From contig JBHGNT010000002.1 in the NCBI GenBank assembly GCA_043228905.1, positions 21,576,001 to 21,640,000 on the forward strand: a stretch of 64,000 nt of DNA, in the 5' to 3' direction. Source of the DNA: Azolla caroliniana (taxonomy: Eukaryota; Plantae; Polypodiophyta). Below the pieces are notes generated by a model. It was given only the letters and a program-made list of their open reading frames with translations. It was not told where the DNA came from and did not search any database. Position numbers and translations under genes: made by a program. This document shows, one piece after another, positions 13,421 to 26,299 of this stretch (position 1 is its first letter; every line of letters starts with the position of its first letter).

Positions 13421-14862
13421 TGCTAAGTTAAAGATTTTGCACCATTTTTGTTGTTGTTGATTGGGGTTTTTGATTCTCACATATTCTGATTTTGCACTAT
13501 TTCTGATTTCTGAAATGATATTTCAGATGGCTCGTTCCTCCGTATACGAGAGTGCTAAACTTCGCAAAATTTTGCGAGACAAAGGAGGACTTCCACAACA
13601 CCTATGGTCTGTCACTCGAGGGTGTTGACCCTGCTGTCCTAAGTGATAAATTGATCAGTGATATAGACTGGATGACAGTATATACAGTGCCTAGAGTCAA
13701 AGGCAAGGTCAAGCTGAAGCATGTACGAGCCGACTTGTACGATGACTGCATGAGACTGCACCAGAAAGTTCATCAGGAGATCCCAGTCAACAATGAGTTG
13801 TCAGTTTCATTTGCTAGAGCATTTGCATATGAGTACTGCAAAACATCGAAGGAATCTAGAGACCCTGAAATGTATAGGGTAGCTTGGGCAGTCTATGGTG
13901 AGGCATCGGTAAAAAGATGCCGAAAGATGGGGACCTTGGCACAAAAAATAGACAGATTTTGGAGCATGGCAGCTGTTGATGCAACTGCCGACTCCCAGCA
14001 AGACCGGGGGCATACACCACACCGACACCCAAGGAAAGCCAATGTCGATGATACAGGTGAGACATTGGTTAGCTATATGCTAAAAAATGTCCATGAAGCC
14101 TGTGAGACATTGGCATTTTTTAAGACTGATTTAGAGAAAGCCACAATGGCTTCTGCAATGGAGAGCAAAGTTACTTCTGCTGTTACAACAATTAGAAATA
14201 AGATTCAGGTAACTATTGTTTTGCTGGTATGTGATTGTGTTATAAATAACGGGTAAAATGTGCTAATCAAGCATTATCTGGAATAGGTTGCGCAACAGGA
14301 GCTTGAATTAGAGGGGCCACTGGATCCCCAGCGTAAAATAGAACTGCAAATAGAGATCCAGGTTCTTTCAATGAACCTGGACCTTCTAGGTGTAAATACT
14401 GTTGCAGATTACAATTTGGATAAGCTTCAAGTAAGTTAACGATTCCTGAGCAAAGTTGGTGTATCTTTCAACAACAAGAATAATTAATCGGTAAATTTCT
14501 CTGTTGCGTTGAAGGAACAATACATTCATCAAGAACAGGTAGTTAGCTGCCTTAAGAAGAAGCTACATTTTGTGGAGGGAATGGTAAGGACCAGATAGGA
14601 TTTGGACCTGAACATTCTTGCTCCCTTACCAAATGAAGTAGAACCAGAAAATGATTTATTGACAGTTCAAGCACGTTGCATCGCTTGCGGGTTAGGTGTG
14701 GAGGACAAAACTGCATCTTTGTTGGTTCACCTACAACCATGCAACCACACATACCATCTGCTTTGTTTTCAACATGCCTGTCGAATTGCTGCATTCTGTT
14801 TGGGAGATTGCAGTACAACTCTACCAAATGAGTGGAGAAAACAAACAGGTATACCATACTGT

Positions 14863-16470
14863 AGCTAATAAGCTTAGTCTTTTCTAATTAGCTATCCTAC
14901 TAGCTAATTAGCTACTGGCAGCTAATGAGCTACTAGCTAATTAGCTATCCTAGTAGCTAATTAGCTATGGTACTAGCTAATTAGCTAGTACCATAGTTGT
15001 GTAAAAAAGCTAAATAGCTATCCTACTAGCTAATTAGCCACTGGCAACTAATTAGCTATCCTAGTAACTAATTAGCTACTGCCATAGTTGTGTAAAGTAG
15101 CTAATAAGCTATCCTAGTAGCTAGTTAGCTATGGTACTAGCTAATTAGCTAGTACCATAGTTGTGTAAAAAAGCTAATTAGCTATCCTACTAGCTAATTA
15201 GCTACTGGCAACTAATTAGCTATCCTACTAGCTAATTAGCTATCCTACTAGCTAATTAGCTATCATAGTAGCTAATTAGCTACTGACATAGTTGTGTAAA
15301 GTAGCTAATAAGCTATCCTAGTAGCTAGTTAGCTATGGTACTAGCTAATTAGCTAGTACCATAGTTGTGTAAAAAAGCTAATTAGCTATCCTACTAGCTA
15401 ATTAGCTACTGGCAACTAATTAGCTATCCTACTAGCTAATTAGCTATCCTACTAGCTAATTAGCTATCATAGTAGCTAATTAGCTACTGACATAGTTGTG
15501 TAAAGTAGCTAATAAGCTATCCTAGTAGCTAATTAGCTACTGGCAGCTAATTAGCTGTCCTAGTAGCTAATAAGCTATCCTAGCTACTACAGAGTTGAGA
15601 AAGTAGCTAATTAGCTTTCATTGTAGCTAATTAGCTATCCTAGCTACCACCATAGTTAGTAAAGTAGCTAATTAGCTATCCTAGCTACTACCATAGTTAG
15701 TAAAGTAGCTAATTAGCTATCCTAGCTACTACCATAGTTGAGTAAAGTAGCTAATTAGCTACCATAGTAGCTAATTAGCTATCCTAGCTACTACTATAGT
15801 TGTGTAAAGTAGCTAATAAGCTATCCTACTAGCTAATTAGCTATCCTAGTAGGTAATTAGCTACCACCATAGTTAGTAAAGTAGCTAATTAGCTATCCTA
15901 GCTACTACCATAGTTAGTAAAGTAGCTAATTAGCTATCCTAGCTACTACCATAGTTGAGTAAAGTAGCTAATTAGCTACCATAGTAGCTAATTAGCTATC
16001 CTAGCTACTACTATAGTTGTGTAAAGTAGCTAATAAGCTATCCTACTAGCTAATTAGCTATCCTAGTAGGTAATTAGCTATCCTACTAGCTAATTAGCTG
16101 CTGGCAACTAATTAGCTATCCTACTAGCGAATTAGCTATCCTAGTAGCTAATTAGCTATCCTAGTAGCTACTGCCATAGTTGTGTAAAGTAGCTAATAAG
16201 CTATCCTAGTAGCTAATTAGCTACTGGCAGCTAATTAGCTATCCTAGTAGCTAATTAGCTACTGGCAGCTAATTAGCTGTCCTAGTAGCTAATAAGCTAT
16301 CCTAACTACTACCATAGTTGAGTAAAGTACCTAATTAGCTATCCTAACTACTACCATAGTTGAGTAAAGTACCTAATTAGCTATCATACTAGCTAATTAG
16401 ATATCGTACTAGCTAATTAGCTATCCTAGCTTCTACCATAGTTTAGTAAAGTAGCTAATTAGCTATCCTA
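14863..16470. repeat. Palindromic (T)AGCTAATTAGCT(A) tandem array filling intron 5 of the cargo gene
   Basis: Dozens of copies at about 20-bp spacing, with higher-order blocks. Confidence 0.95.
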
Positions 16471-17198
16471 AATAACTGTCATGTTATTGTAGAATCTTGT
16501 GGATTAAGGACGGCACATGATGTGTCTGGTGCTGATGATGCTGCAACAGATGAGGATACTACTGCCAATGTGGCTGAAAGTAAGAGTCCTGCTATCACAT
16601 CTCCTTCAGATCAGCTGCACCCTATTCTTTTGGAACAGTGTACTGAATTAGGCAACGATGTGAAATGCCATGAAATAGTGGAAACAACATGTAAAACTGA
16701 GGTTCACAACAACAGTGTTTATGAACACTTGATGCAACATTTCTTCGAGTCTCAAGACCTTGATTCCACCCCACCGAGCCCAACTACTGAAAATGTCCAA
16801 ACAGATCCCTCTGTACTTGAAAAGCTAGTTCAAGAAACGGCTGATGTGCAATTAGCTGCTGAGGCGATGGGAAGGTTGTCGGAGGAGGACACACTTGCGC
16901 ATTGGGTCCTAGAAGCAAGGCTAAATGGGGAACCAACCAGAAAAAGGCTGAAGAAGGGGCCACGATCGGGAACAAGACCAGTTACTCGGTCAAGGGGCCC
17001 AGACGTAGTGGAGCGAAATACTGTTTAGTTGGATATGATTGTTAGCTTAGGGATTTTGCTAGGGTTTTATGAAGTTTTACTATCCTGTTGGACAAGTAAA
17101 ACCTCAGATTGGTTGTTGCTTGATCCACATTATGTAATGGAACTCTATGATGTTTTTCCAAGATAATTTGAAGAGTGTTGTTCTATGACTGAAACTCT

Positions 17199-18281
17199 TT
17201 GATGTTCAGGATATTGTTTTGTGAGACTATTAGTTACTTTGTGAGTGTGAATATGTTGGTGTTTTCTGATGTTGCAGAGTCTAAAGGGTTTGATTCTATT
17301 GCTCGTAAGGCCAATGGCAGTGTGGATACTGTTGATGTTGCGGCATGTTTAAAGGGCCCCATCTTGAAAGTAGATGTAGCAACTGACACAAGTGATCTGG
17401 TCACACAAGTTGATCAAGCATGTAGCACGGATGACTTGGTGTTGCAGGTAGATGCAACATGTAGCACGGATGACTTGGTGTTGCAGGTAGATGCAGCATG
17501 TAGCACGGATGACTTGGTGTTGCAGGTAGATGCAGCATGTGATACCAGTGGACTGATATCGAGCAGAACAGTAGCTACATGCACTGAGGTAATCCAAGGA
17601 TTGATAACTAAGTCGACAAAACAAGAGCACCAGAATGTGAAGCTAGGCCCAACACAGTCGACTAGGGGTTTAAAGAGGAAAAGGACACCAGTTGTGTCAG
17701 CCGAACCTGAGTTGATTGAGATTGATCGTATCCTACCAGAAAATGGTGTAACAGCGGCTCAGTTTCAGGAATGGAAACCTAAACCACTAGAAGTCGAAAG
17801 AAGAGCCTTGATCTTGGAGCTCGATAAAGTCTTGATGAGTGTGAGATATATGCAGCCAAGGAGGGACGCAAATCAGTTTCTAGAGTGGGCTGTGGAATAC
17901 TTTGATTTGTTTATTTGGAGTGAAAAACCAAAATCAGATGTGTGGAAGTGTTTGGCAAGATTCTTCCCAAAATGGCGAAGTCGTTTTAAAGGTCAATGGG
18001 CACGAGAAAATTGTGAGCAGATGGAAGCTGCAAGATTCAAGAGACTTTCTGATTTTTGGGCTACTTGGCCTGAATATAATGCCGACAATACATTGATTTT
18101 GGATACAGAACATTTCCGACACTACTTCAATATTCGGAGATGCTGTCTCATTCTACCCGAGGAAATGCTTGAACAGTACCTGGTGCAAACAGTGAGCTGC
18201 CAACTAGGTGCATGGTTGTGGACTCCATACCGAGCTCAATATGCGGATAATATATGTAGACTCGTTCCACTGACTAGCTAG
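17199..18281 (+). CDS. ORF/exon with 39-bp repeats and a degenerate FCP1/NIF (HAD-superfamily) phosphatase-like domain
   Basis: LILELDKVL (cf. DLDxTL), PRRDANQFLEWAVEYFDLFIWS, FKRLSDFW, YNADNTLILD; VDAACSTDDLVLQ x3. Confidence 0.6.
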   Translation: MMFRILFCETISYFVSVNMLVFSDVAESKGFDSIARKANGSVDTVDVAACLKGPILKVDVATDTSDLVTQVDQACSTDDLVLQVDATCSTDDLVLQVDAACSTDDLVLQVDAACDTSGLISSRTVATCTEVIQGLITKSTKQEHQNVKLGPTQSTRGLKRKRTPVVSAEPELIEIDRILPENGVTAAQFQEWKPKPLEVERRALILELDKVLMSVRYMQPRRDANQFLEWAVEYFDLFIWSEKPKSDVWKCLARFFPKWRSRFKGQWARENCEQMEAARFKRLSDFWATWPEYNADNTLILDTEHFRHYFNIRRCCLILPEEMLEQYLVQTVSCQLGAWLWTPYRAQYADNICRLVPLTS

Positions 18282-18462
18282 AGCTTAGCTGTTTATAGGA
18301 GATTTGTAGACATTTCCAATGGTAATTTATAAATATGTAAAGAGATGACATTATTCAATGAAGAATTTAATTACTTGTTCCCACTGTACTTATCTACTGT
18401 GTAATTTGAGGAATATGTTGCAGATTGTTGATTTCATTCTATTGATGACTATTTAGCTATTG

Positions 18463-18966
18463 ACAGCTAATTAGCTGCATTTGTACAGCTAATTAGCTAC
18501 TGATGACTATTTCGCTATAACTTATAACTTAAAACTTAACAAAAAAGACATGATTTTATTGAGAAAGAAGCACAGAAAGCAGACTGTATACAAGAAATTG
18601 ATTCCAAACGAATTATTGATCTGTTTTCGCGAAATACATGTTTGTTTTACAAGAGAACATGGTAAGTGCTACTTGTAGCTACAAATTCCATGGCATACTA
18701 TTGTAAATACATTTGTACAGCTAATTAGCTGCATTTGTACAGCTAATTAGCTACTGATGACTATTTCGCTATAACATAACTTAAAACTTAACAAAAAAGA
18801 CATGATTTTATTGAGAAAGAAGCACAGAAAGCAGACTGTATACAAGAAATTGATTCCAAACGAATTTATTGATCTGTTTTCGCGAAATACATGTTTGTTT
18901 TACAAGAGAACATGGTAAGTGCTACTTGTAGCTACAAATTCCATGGCATACTATTGTAAATACATT
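18463..18966. repeat. ~250-bp tandem duplication covering the transposase stop codon and 3' UTR
   Basis: 18463-18713 nearly identical to 18717-18966. Confidence 0.9.
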
Positions 18967-21900
18967 CATACACATTAGCACCAACAGTGTATAAACCGGA
19001 GCAGCTATTGTATTCTGACATTGGGACGTTGATGCATCTGACCAAATGAGAGTACATATACGCCGCTGGTTTGTCTTCTAACAGCCTGTACACATATTCG
19101 TAGTCATCTAGTTTTGCATAAAAAATGCCTTCGATGTAGAATGTCCCGGCAGATACAAAATTTCCCCATGCATCTACAATATTCTGCCTTGCACACTGTT
19201 TACTAACCGTGCACTTTAATATATAGAAATCAGCACCCTCTGAATTGCCTTCTTCAGCATTTACAGCGAAGTTATCCCCAACGTTCAGGACATCACTCAA
19301 AGTATCTCCAAGTCCCTCATATGTGAAGTCAACATTCTGCCCTGTTTCTCCATCAACTGCTTCCTTATCATTCAGAGTGTGATACTCCCAATTCTGAATG
19401 TATGCTTTGTTTAGACAATATCTCCAATTTCCCTGCACACAATGGAAGCAAAAACAAGTCAATTCTCTAACCGCAATACAATGACCATCCAACCTGGAAT
19501 AACCGCGAACAGCATGCAGAGATCGCAATTCAGGAATTCCTTGGCACTCCCAGGTCTTCTCCCTATTTACTTCATCTATCTTCACTTCCCAAAATTCACG
19601 TGATATCTCGAACTTGCGAGGAATAAACACCTGTGGCACTCGTCGACATATTTGTTCTTAAAAATTCAACTACATGTGATGCACAATTCATGTGCACACC
19701 ATCTGTCTTTAGTTGTTCATGGGTAAGTGCCCGCTTTATAACAGCCCCTGCACCATCATGTTCACCTTTACCATGGCCAGACCCAAAAAAATTCCATCTC
19801 ATCTCCAAACCTGTTATAGCAGGATACCTCCCCACAAAATAAAATGGACGTCGAGCCTTGAATTGTGACGCAGCTCCGTCAGACCAGACCCAATGTTGAG
19901 TAAGCTCCAAACGTTGAGCTAATAACCACTGCCAATGTAACTTAAAACAGTGTTGGACGAACAAGGTATCATGCTTCTTATCATCGGAAATAAAGAAATG
20001 AATTACTTTTTTAACATCACCTGAAACTCAAAAATATGTTATGTGCACAAAAATGGTTACCTGAACTGAACACCAATGCATAGATTGAATTTCATTCTGC
20101 TGCTTGAAAGTATAATTCTCTGCGAAATCTACTACTGAGACTACTACATCATTTGGGAAATCAGATATGCAAGTCTTAAACTGATGGGCCTGCCATGAAT
20201 AAATGAAGTTGTGTTTAATGAACTTTCCTAGAGATACTACAAACAGAGACACCAAATCCCTTGGTTTAAGCATCTTCCGAACTAGATCCTTTCTTTTACA
20301 CACCTTTCCTTCGAAATTGGTGTTCACTGACTCAAATAACTTCACAGAGATCAATATTTCACTACTCAATTCATTTGGACACCACCTAAATCTAGTAGGG
20401 CCACAATCTTGACATAAACCCATGACACATTTATGAATATGGAAGATAGCGTCAGTTTCTCTCGGACACAATATTGAATCTAATAAATAACTCATGGAAG
20501 AGATAACGTGCTCAGATGATTTACACTCCTCTTGCGGGCTTGATCGACAGATTGGGCACCCACATGTGCAAACTGTATTAGTTAGGGATGCGCTATGGTG
20601 ACGTAGTAGATTAACAGAGTCCTTCAGAAAACCCATCTGTACATGGTAAATGCAACAACATGTGTATCGATCCTTTAAGCGTCTCACAAAGTGTGGCTTA
20701 AGAGACTCGAATGTTCGTAGTTGAACTTTGATAGTTGGATGCATTCGTTTGAACCTAATAAATAAATCGACCTGCGTAATAAAGGGGAATTAGTTATTCT
20801 CGTAACTAGCTAACTATCCTAGTAGCTAATTAGCTATTCTAGTAGCTAGTTAGCTATTCTAGTAGCTAGTTAGCTATTCTAGTAGCTAATTAGCTATCAT
20901 GGTAGCTAATTAGCTGTCCTAGTAGCTAATTAGTTGTCCTAGTAGCTAATTAGCTATCATGGTAGTTAATTAGCTGTCGTAGTAGCTAATTAGCTATCAT
21001 GGTAGCTAATTAGCTATTCTAGTAGCTAATTAGCTATCATGGTAGCTAATTAGCTGTCGTAGTAGCTAATTAGCTATCATGGTAGCTAATTAGCTGTCCT
21101 AGTAGCTAATTGGTTGTCCTAGTAGCTAATTAGCTATCATGGTAGCTAATTAGCTGTCTTAGTAGCTAATTAGCTATCATGGTAGCTAATTAGCTGTCGT
21201 AATAGCTAATTAGCTATCATGGTAGCTAATTAGCTGTCCTAGTAGCTAATTAGTTGTCCTAGTAGCTAATTAGCTATCATGGTGGCTAATTAGCTGCTCT
21301 AGTAGCTAATTAGCTATCATGGTGGCTAATTAGCTTTCCTAGTAACTAATTAGCTATCATGGTAGCTAATTAGCTGGTCTAGTAGCTAATTAGCTATCAT
21401 GGTGGCTAATTAGCTTTCCTAGTAACTAATTAGCTATCATGGTAGCTAATTAGCTGGTCTAGTAGCTAATTAGCTATAATGGTGGCTGATTAGCTTTCCT
21501 AGTAACTAATTAGCTATCATGGTAGCTAATTAGCTGGTATAGTAGCTAATTAGCTATCATGGTAGCTAATTAGCTATCACGGTGGCTAATTAGCTGTCCT
21601 AGTAACTAATTAGCTATCATGGTAGCTAATTAGCTAGTCTAGTAGCTAATTAGCTATAATGGTGGCTAATTAGCTATCCTAACTAATTAGCTATCATGGT
21701 AGTAGCTATTGAGAGTAGCCAGTTACCTATGTAGTAGCTATCATAGTAGCTAATTAGCTATCATGGTAGCTAATTAGCTTTCCTAGTAGCTAATTAGCTG
21801 GTAATAACGAAATAGCTAACTAGCTACCATGATAGCTAACTAGCTAGCAGTACAGCTAATTATCTGGTAGTACCTAAATTAGCTATTGAGAATAGCTAAT

Positions 21901-22817
21901 TAGCTATCATGGTAGTAACTATTGAGAGTAGCTAGTTACCTATGTAGTAGCGATCCTAGTAGCTAACTGAGGTAAATGTAACTGATAAGCTAATTAGCTT
22001 TTCTGCTAACTGAGCTAATTAACTTTCCGAGTAGAGTCAAAACAAATGTTGAGATAAATGTAAATACCTGAGGTACATCAAGAAGATGAATGGGATGCTC
22101 CTCGTATTGATTTCTTCCAACACGTTTCCTGCATAAATCCTTTTTATTGGGTGAAACCCTACTCTCATTAGTCCAAAACATTGTGATTACATCCTTGATT
22201 TCAAATGTTATGGGTGTCATTGGCTTACATCTTGTAGTTAGCTTTAGTAGACTAGTTCCTTCACCCGAGGAAATTATACGGTTCATTGTATTGTACACTG
22301 TTTTTCTACTAACACCAATTACCTTAGATAGCTCACTGATGTCTATATCGTCAACATCACTATTAAGTAACATCATTAGACTAGACCTTTTTAAGACAAG
22401 ATCATCTTCTGACCTGCTCATGGATACGAAACTATTACGAAGATTATTTACTAAAATAGATGATATGTTTGCATTAAGACCATCACAATCAACTAAGTCC
22501 TTTATCGATGGATCATTACATATTCCATAAAGTACTACCTTCTTTTCTTCATTGCTGATGTGCTTGGTTTGAACATTGAAATAGTCTACAACCTTTCTCT
22601 CTATGATGGTAGTCGCATTACTTACATTCTCAGCTAAACTATCCTTACCTTTACTGAGTGTGGCTTTCGTATCCTTCAACAATTGACGATGTTTCCTTTT
22701 TTTTTCTGCCCAATAGTTTCGTATGGCTTGTTGTGTCCTGATAACATCATCCCTATCCTTATGATCATTGAGGGGTAATTCTAAACACCCTTCTTCCCCT
22801 TCCATTTGGCTAGACAT
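18932..22817 (-). pseudogene. Sola2-like DDD transposase, two exons (22817-22068, 20771-18932)
   Basis: DFAENY..QSMHW, ISDDKKHD, WSDGAASQFK, FFGSGHGKGEHDGAG; Cys-rich segments; phase-0 GT-AG intron; one stop (20028) and a frameshift near 19600. Confidence 0.85.
20805..22020. repeat. 20-bp-period palindromic array (GTAGCTAATTAGCT + 6 nt) in the transposase intron
   Basis: Alternating ATCATG/GTCCTA spacers at exact 20-bp periodicity over 20820-21680. Confidence 0.95.
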
Positions 22818-23149
22818 GTTAAAACCCTAAATTTCCAGAAAAAAAAACAAGTATTAAAGATGGCTATGGGCAACAACAATACACAAAAATATTCCACACA
22901 ATACACAAGATTAGACACAACAATACACAAGATAATCAATAGACAGAAAAGTTATTGCAATCCAAGACCGAACAATAGAGGATTTCACTCTGTTGGATCC
23001 AACAGTTGAGGAGGCGATCCAAGACCGACCAATGGCAACAACTGAGTGTAGAATGTTGCCGTTGGATGAGTGAACTCCGTCAAATCGAAATGTGGAAGCA
23101 ATCCGGGACTGGACAGTAGTGGCAACTGAGTATAGAATGATGGCAATGG

Positions 23150-23806
23150 AGGAGAGAACCCCGTCAGATTGAACAGTTACCGATGATGCTTGAAACGCAC
23201 ATAGAAGGCACTTGAGAATAGAGTGGCATAGAGAAGAGAACCCCGTCAGATTGAACAGTTACCAATGATGCTTGAAACGCACAGTAGCGGCCCCTGAGTG
23301 AGAGTGGAAAAGAGAAGAGAACCCCGTTAGATTGAATAGCTCTTTGATTATGCTTGGAACGCACAGTAGCAACCCCTGAGTGTAGAGTGGCAAAGAGAAG
23401 AGAACCCCGTCAGATTGAACAGCTCTTTGATGATGCTTGGAACGCACAACAGCGGCCCCTGAGTGTAGAGTGGCACAGAGAAGGGAACCCCCTCAGATTG
23501 AACAGATCTTTGATGATGCTTGAAACGCACAGTAATGGCCCCTGAGTGTAGAGTGGCACAGAGAAGAGAACCCCCTCAGATTGAACAGCTCTTTGATGAT
23601 GCTTGGAACGCACAGTAATGGCCCCTGAGTGTAGAGTGGCACAGAGAAGAGAACCCCGTCAGATTGAACAGCTCTTTGATGATGCTTGGAATGCACAGTA
23701 GTGGCCCCTGAGTGTAGAGTGTCACAGAGAAGAGAACCCCGTCAGATTGAGCAGCTCTTTGATGATGCTTGGAACGCACAGTAGCGGCCCCTCAGTGTAG
23801 AGTGGC
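23150..23806. repeat. 83-bp tandem repeat, about 8 copies, upstream of the transposase
   Basis: Unit AGAGAAGAGAACCCCGTCAGATTGAACAGCTCTTTGATGATGCTTGGAACGCACAG...; ORF track entries are offset by 83 bp. Confidence 0.95.
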
Positions 23807-24159
23807 GGCAGGTGGACTCGATAGGGTTTAGCAACAGTGGTAGCAACTAACCCACAGTACTCAGCTAGAGATGGCCTACGTGATGTGGCAAAGGATCATG
23901 CATAATGGACCTAGGAATTCGATATATAATTTATGGTACACATTTATGGTGCACACATCAATTTATGTTGCACATTTATGGCACTCATTTACATATGTAA
24001 TTAAAACACTCTAGTATTTTCAATGGTAGTTTTTTGCATACTTAATTTATTAATGATGGCTTTTTACTAAAATGACTATTTATCAATGGTAGCTTTTTGC
24101 ATAGCTAATTAGCTATGTCAAGGACATAGCTAATTGTTTCCACTCGCATGCTTTCACCC

Positions 24160-25940
24160 TCTACCGCTTATGCCACGCTTTTGGGATACCTTGGCTACGC
24201 TCACGACTAACGACAAATCGGCCACACCCCTTGTTAACCTAAGAGAGCCAGGGACGGGCCCTCCCATCATGGATTCCCAAAATCCAGCCATGAAAATCAT
24301 GGTTAAGAGACGCGACCTTCATGGATGCATAATCGACGGTGGCTCCGACGTGAACGTCATCAGTGAGGCCACATGTCACAAACTTGGTCTGAACCAATGG
24401 GAACCTTGCCCCTTTTGGCTTTGGATGGCCGATACGCTTTTGGTTCGCCCCATAGGGTTAATCCGCCACCTCGACTTCACGTTAAGAGGTCACATGTTCA
24501 CTATCTCGGCAGTTGTGTTACGCCTTGAAGCTCCGGGCGCCTACCCAATGCTGCTTGGACGACCCTGGCTGTGACAGCAAATATTAAGCAACATTGGCAA
24601 CGAAATATGATCTCTTTCCGCCGGGGGAAGACCAAGGTACCAATAATAACAGAAGAATGCCTAACCACGCCCCACAACACCACACCCTTATACGTAGAAG
24701 GGGTACACATGCTCGACAGGTTAGCTGACAAAGAGGTGAATGACTTCGTAGAAGATCATCCCACTATCATACCCCTCTTCGAAATAGACACCATCTCAGC
24801 CTTCGGCACACCCCCAGACGAGGATGTCACGGAAGATTCACTTCCCCAGGACGAGCCAGATTCCACAACTATCACAGAATTATGACACGCTCGGGACGCG
24901 TTTGAACGAGAACTCACCATCTCCTAGCGAGGCCAAGCATCAACGCTCGAGTCATTGAACCTCGGCTCCGACGAGAACCCGCGTACACTACAAATCGCGA
25001 ACAACTTACCAGTCGACGAACGGTCAGCCCTCATACGCCTCCTCACGGATTATCAAGATGTATTCGCATGGTCTTACACTGATATGAAGGGATTGGATCC
25101 CCAATATTACCAACACCAAATACACCTCCTACCTGATGCTCGGCCAGTCCAACAATGACGATACCCCAACTACACGGCTAAGGTCATAGAGGAGATCGAC
25201 AAGCTCCTCCGAGTAGGTTTTATATGGCCAGTAAAAAGAGCCACATGGTTAAGCCCAATCGTCGTCGTCCCCAAGAAAAACGGAAAAATCCGTGTTTGCG
25301 TTGATTACCGCAAACTCAATGCCGCGACAGTCACGGATGGGTTTCCTCTCCCATTCACAGATAGTGTTCTCGACACGGTGGCTGGTCATGAATGCTAAAG
25401 TTTTCTCGATGGGTTCAGTGGCTATAACCAAATCAGAATGCACCCAGACGAGCAGGAGAAAACGGCGTTTGTCACGGAATGGGGTGTCTTCGTGACCGAG
25501 GAAATGATGTTCGGGTTAAAAACGGCACCAACCACATTTCAACGTATCATCACCGAGATTTTCAACGAGTATATCGCGGCGTTCATGCAAGTTTTCTCGA
25601 CGACTTTGTCGTGTATGGCCAGCGGCTAGAGCATCTGACCCAATTACGCCTATGTCTCAATCGATGTCGACAAGCTCGGTTGAGCTTAAATCCGGCAAAA
25701 TGCGCGTTCTTGGTGACAAGCGGCAACTTGCTTGAGCACATAGTCAGTCAGGAAGGTATCGCCATGGACCCGGATAAAGTCCAAGCCATTCTAAACGCTC
25801 CCGCACCCTCTACCGCGAAGGCCCTCAGCCGATTGATGGGCCAAATAAGTTGGTATAGCCAAATGTTACGACACCTGGCCGATTTCGCGACTCCATTGCA
25901 CGCGGCGGTGCATAGACTCCCATTTCAGTGGTCTTCAATA
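24160..25940 (+). pseudogene. pol: Gypsy element B protease and RT, truncated
   Basis: CIIDGGSDVNV protease; DVFAWSY, FGLK.AP.TFQR and FLDDF RT motifs. Confidence 0.85.
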
Positions 25941-26237
25941 AGGTTATGAACATCTTCATGAAGGCACTTGGAACCGACAAGTTGTACCATTTTTCGGAGA
26001 TGCTTGGATTACAGCATCTCGACATGCCACACTTGAGGAGGAGAACCGGAACGAGAACCAGGAAAACAAGTAATGGCACCGGACAAGCAGTCGGAGAGGA
26101 GGAAACCGAAACAAGTGGAGATAAGGACCAAAATGAAGCCGAATCCAAACAAGTCGGAACAAGTGGTGACGACGGGAAGTGTCAAAAAGGATAGAGCCGA
26201 CCAAAATAGGAATGCTAAGACTCGGACATGGTCGATG
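25941..26237 (+). mobile_element. Remnant of another Copia (RNase H C-terminus and 3' tail), possibly continuing at 37440-37796
   Basis: NIFMKALGTDKL..FSEMLGL resembles the ADIFTKAL end of Copia RNase H. Confidence 0.5.
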
Positions 26238-26299
26238 TGTTAGGAAATAGGTCCCTCCGGATGGGAAGTGAGAAGAACCGTGTTGATGAGCAACTCGGT

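Larger units (their letters stand above)
12714..17028 (+). pseudogene. Multi-exon cargo gene with probable coiled-coil region and RING-H2-like finger
   Basis: GT-AG exons 12714-12817, 12914-12970, 13527-14208, 14287-14430, 14515-14848 and 16493-17028 splice in frame. CIACG..PCNHTYHLLCFQHAC..C..C motif; two in-frame stops. Confidence 0.65.
12463..24159. mobile_element. 11.7-kb TIR DNA transposon, Sola2-like, with cargo genes
   Basis: 25-bp TIRs GGGT(A/G)AAAGCATGCGAGTGGAAACA (12463-12487 / 24135-24159); 4-bp TSD TCTA; removal restores the B reading frame; internal DDD transposase. Confidence 0.9.

Noticed and set aside
20805-21700. Palindromic repeat-spacer array as CRISPR
   Set aside because: Spacers are 6 nt and recurrent; it is an intronic minisatellite.
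23150-23806. CRISPR-like regular array
   Set aside because: Whole 83-bp units repeat with no unique spacers and no cas genes; eukaryotic context.
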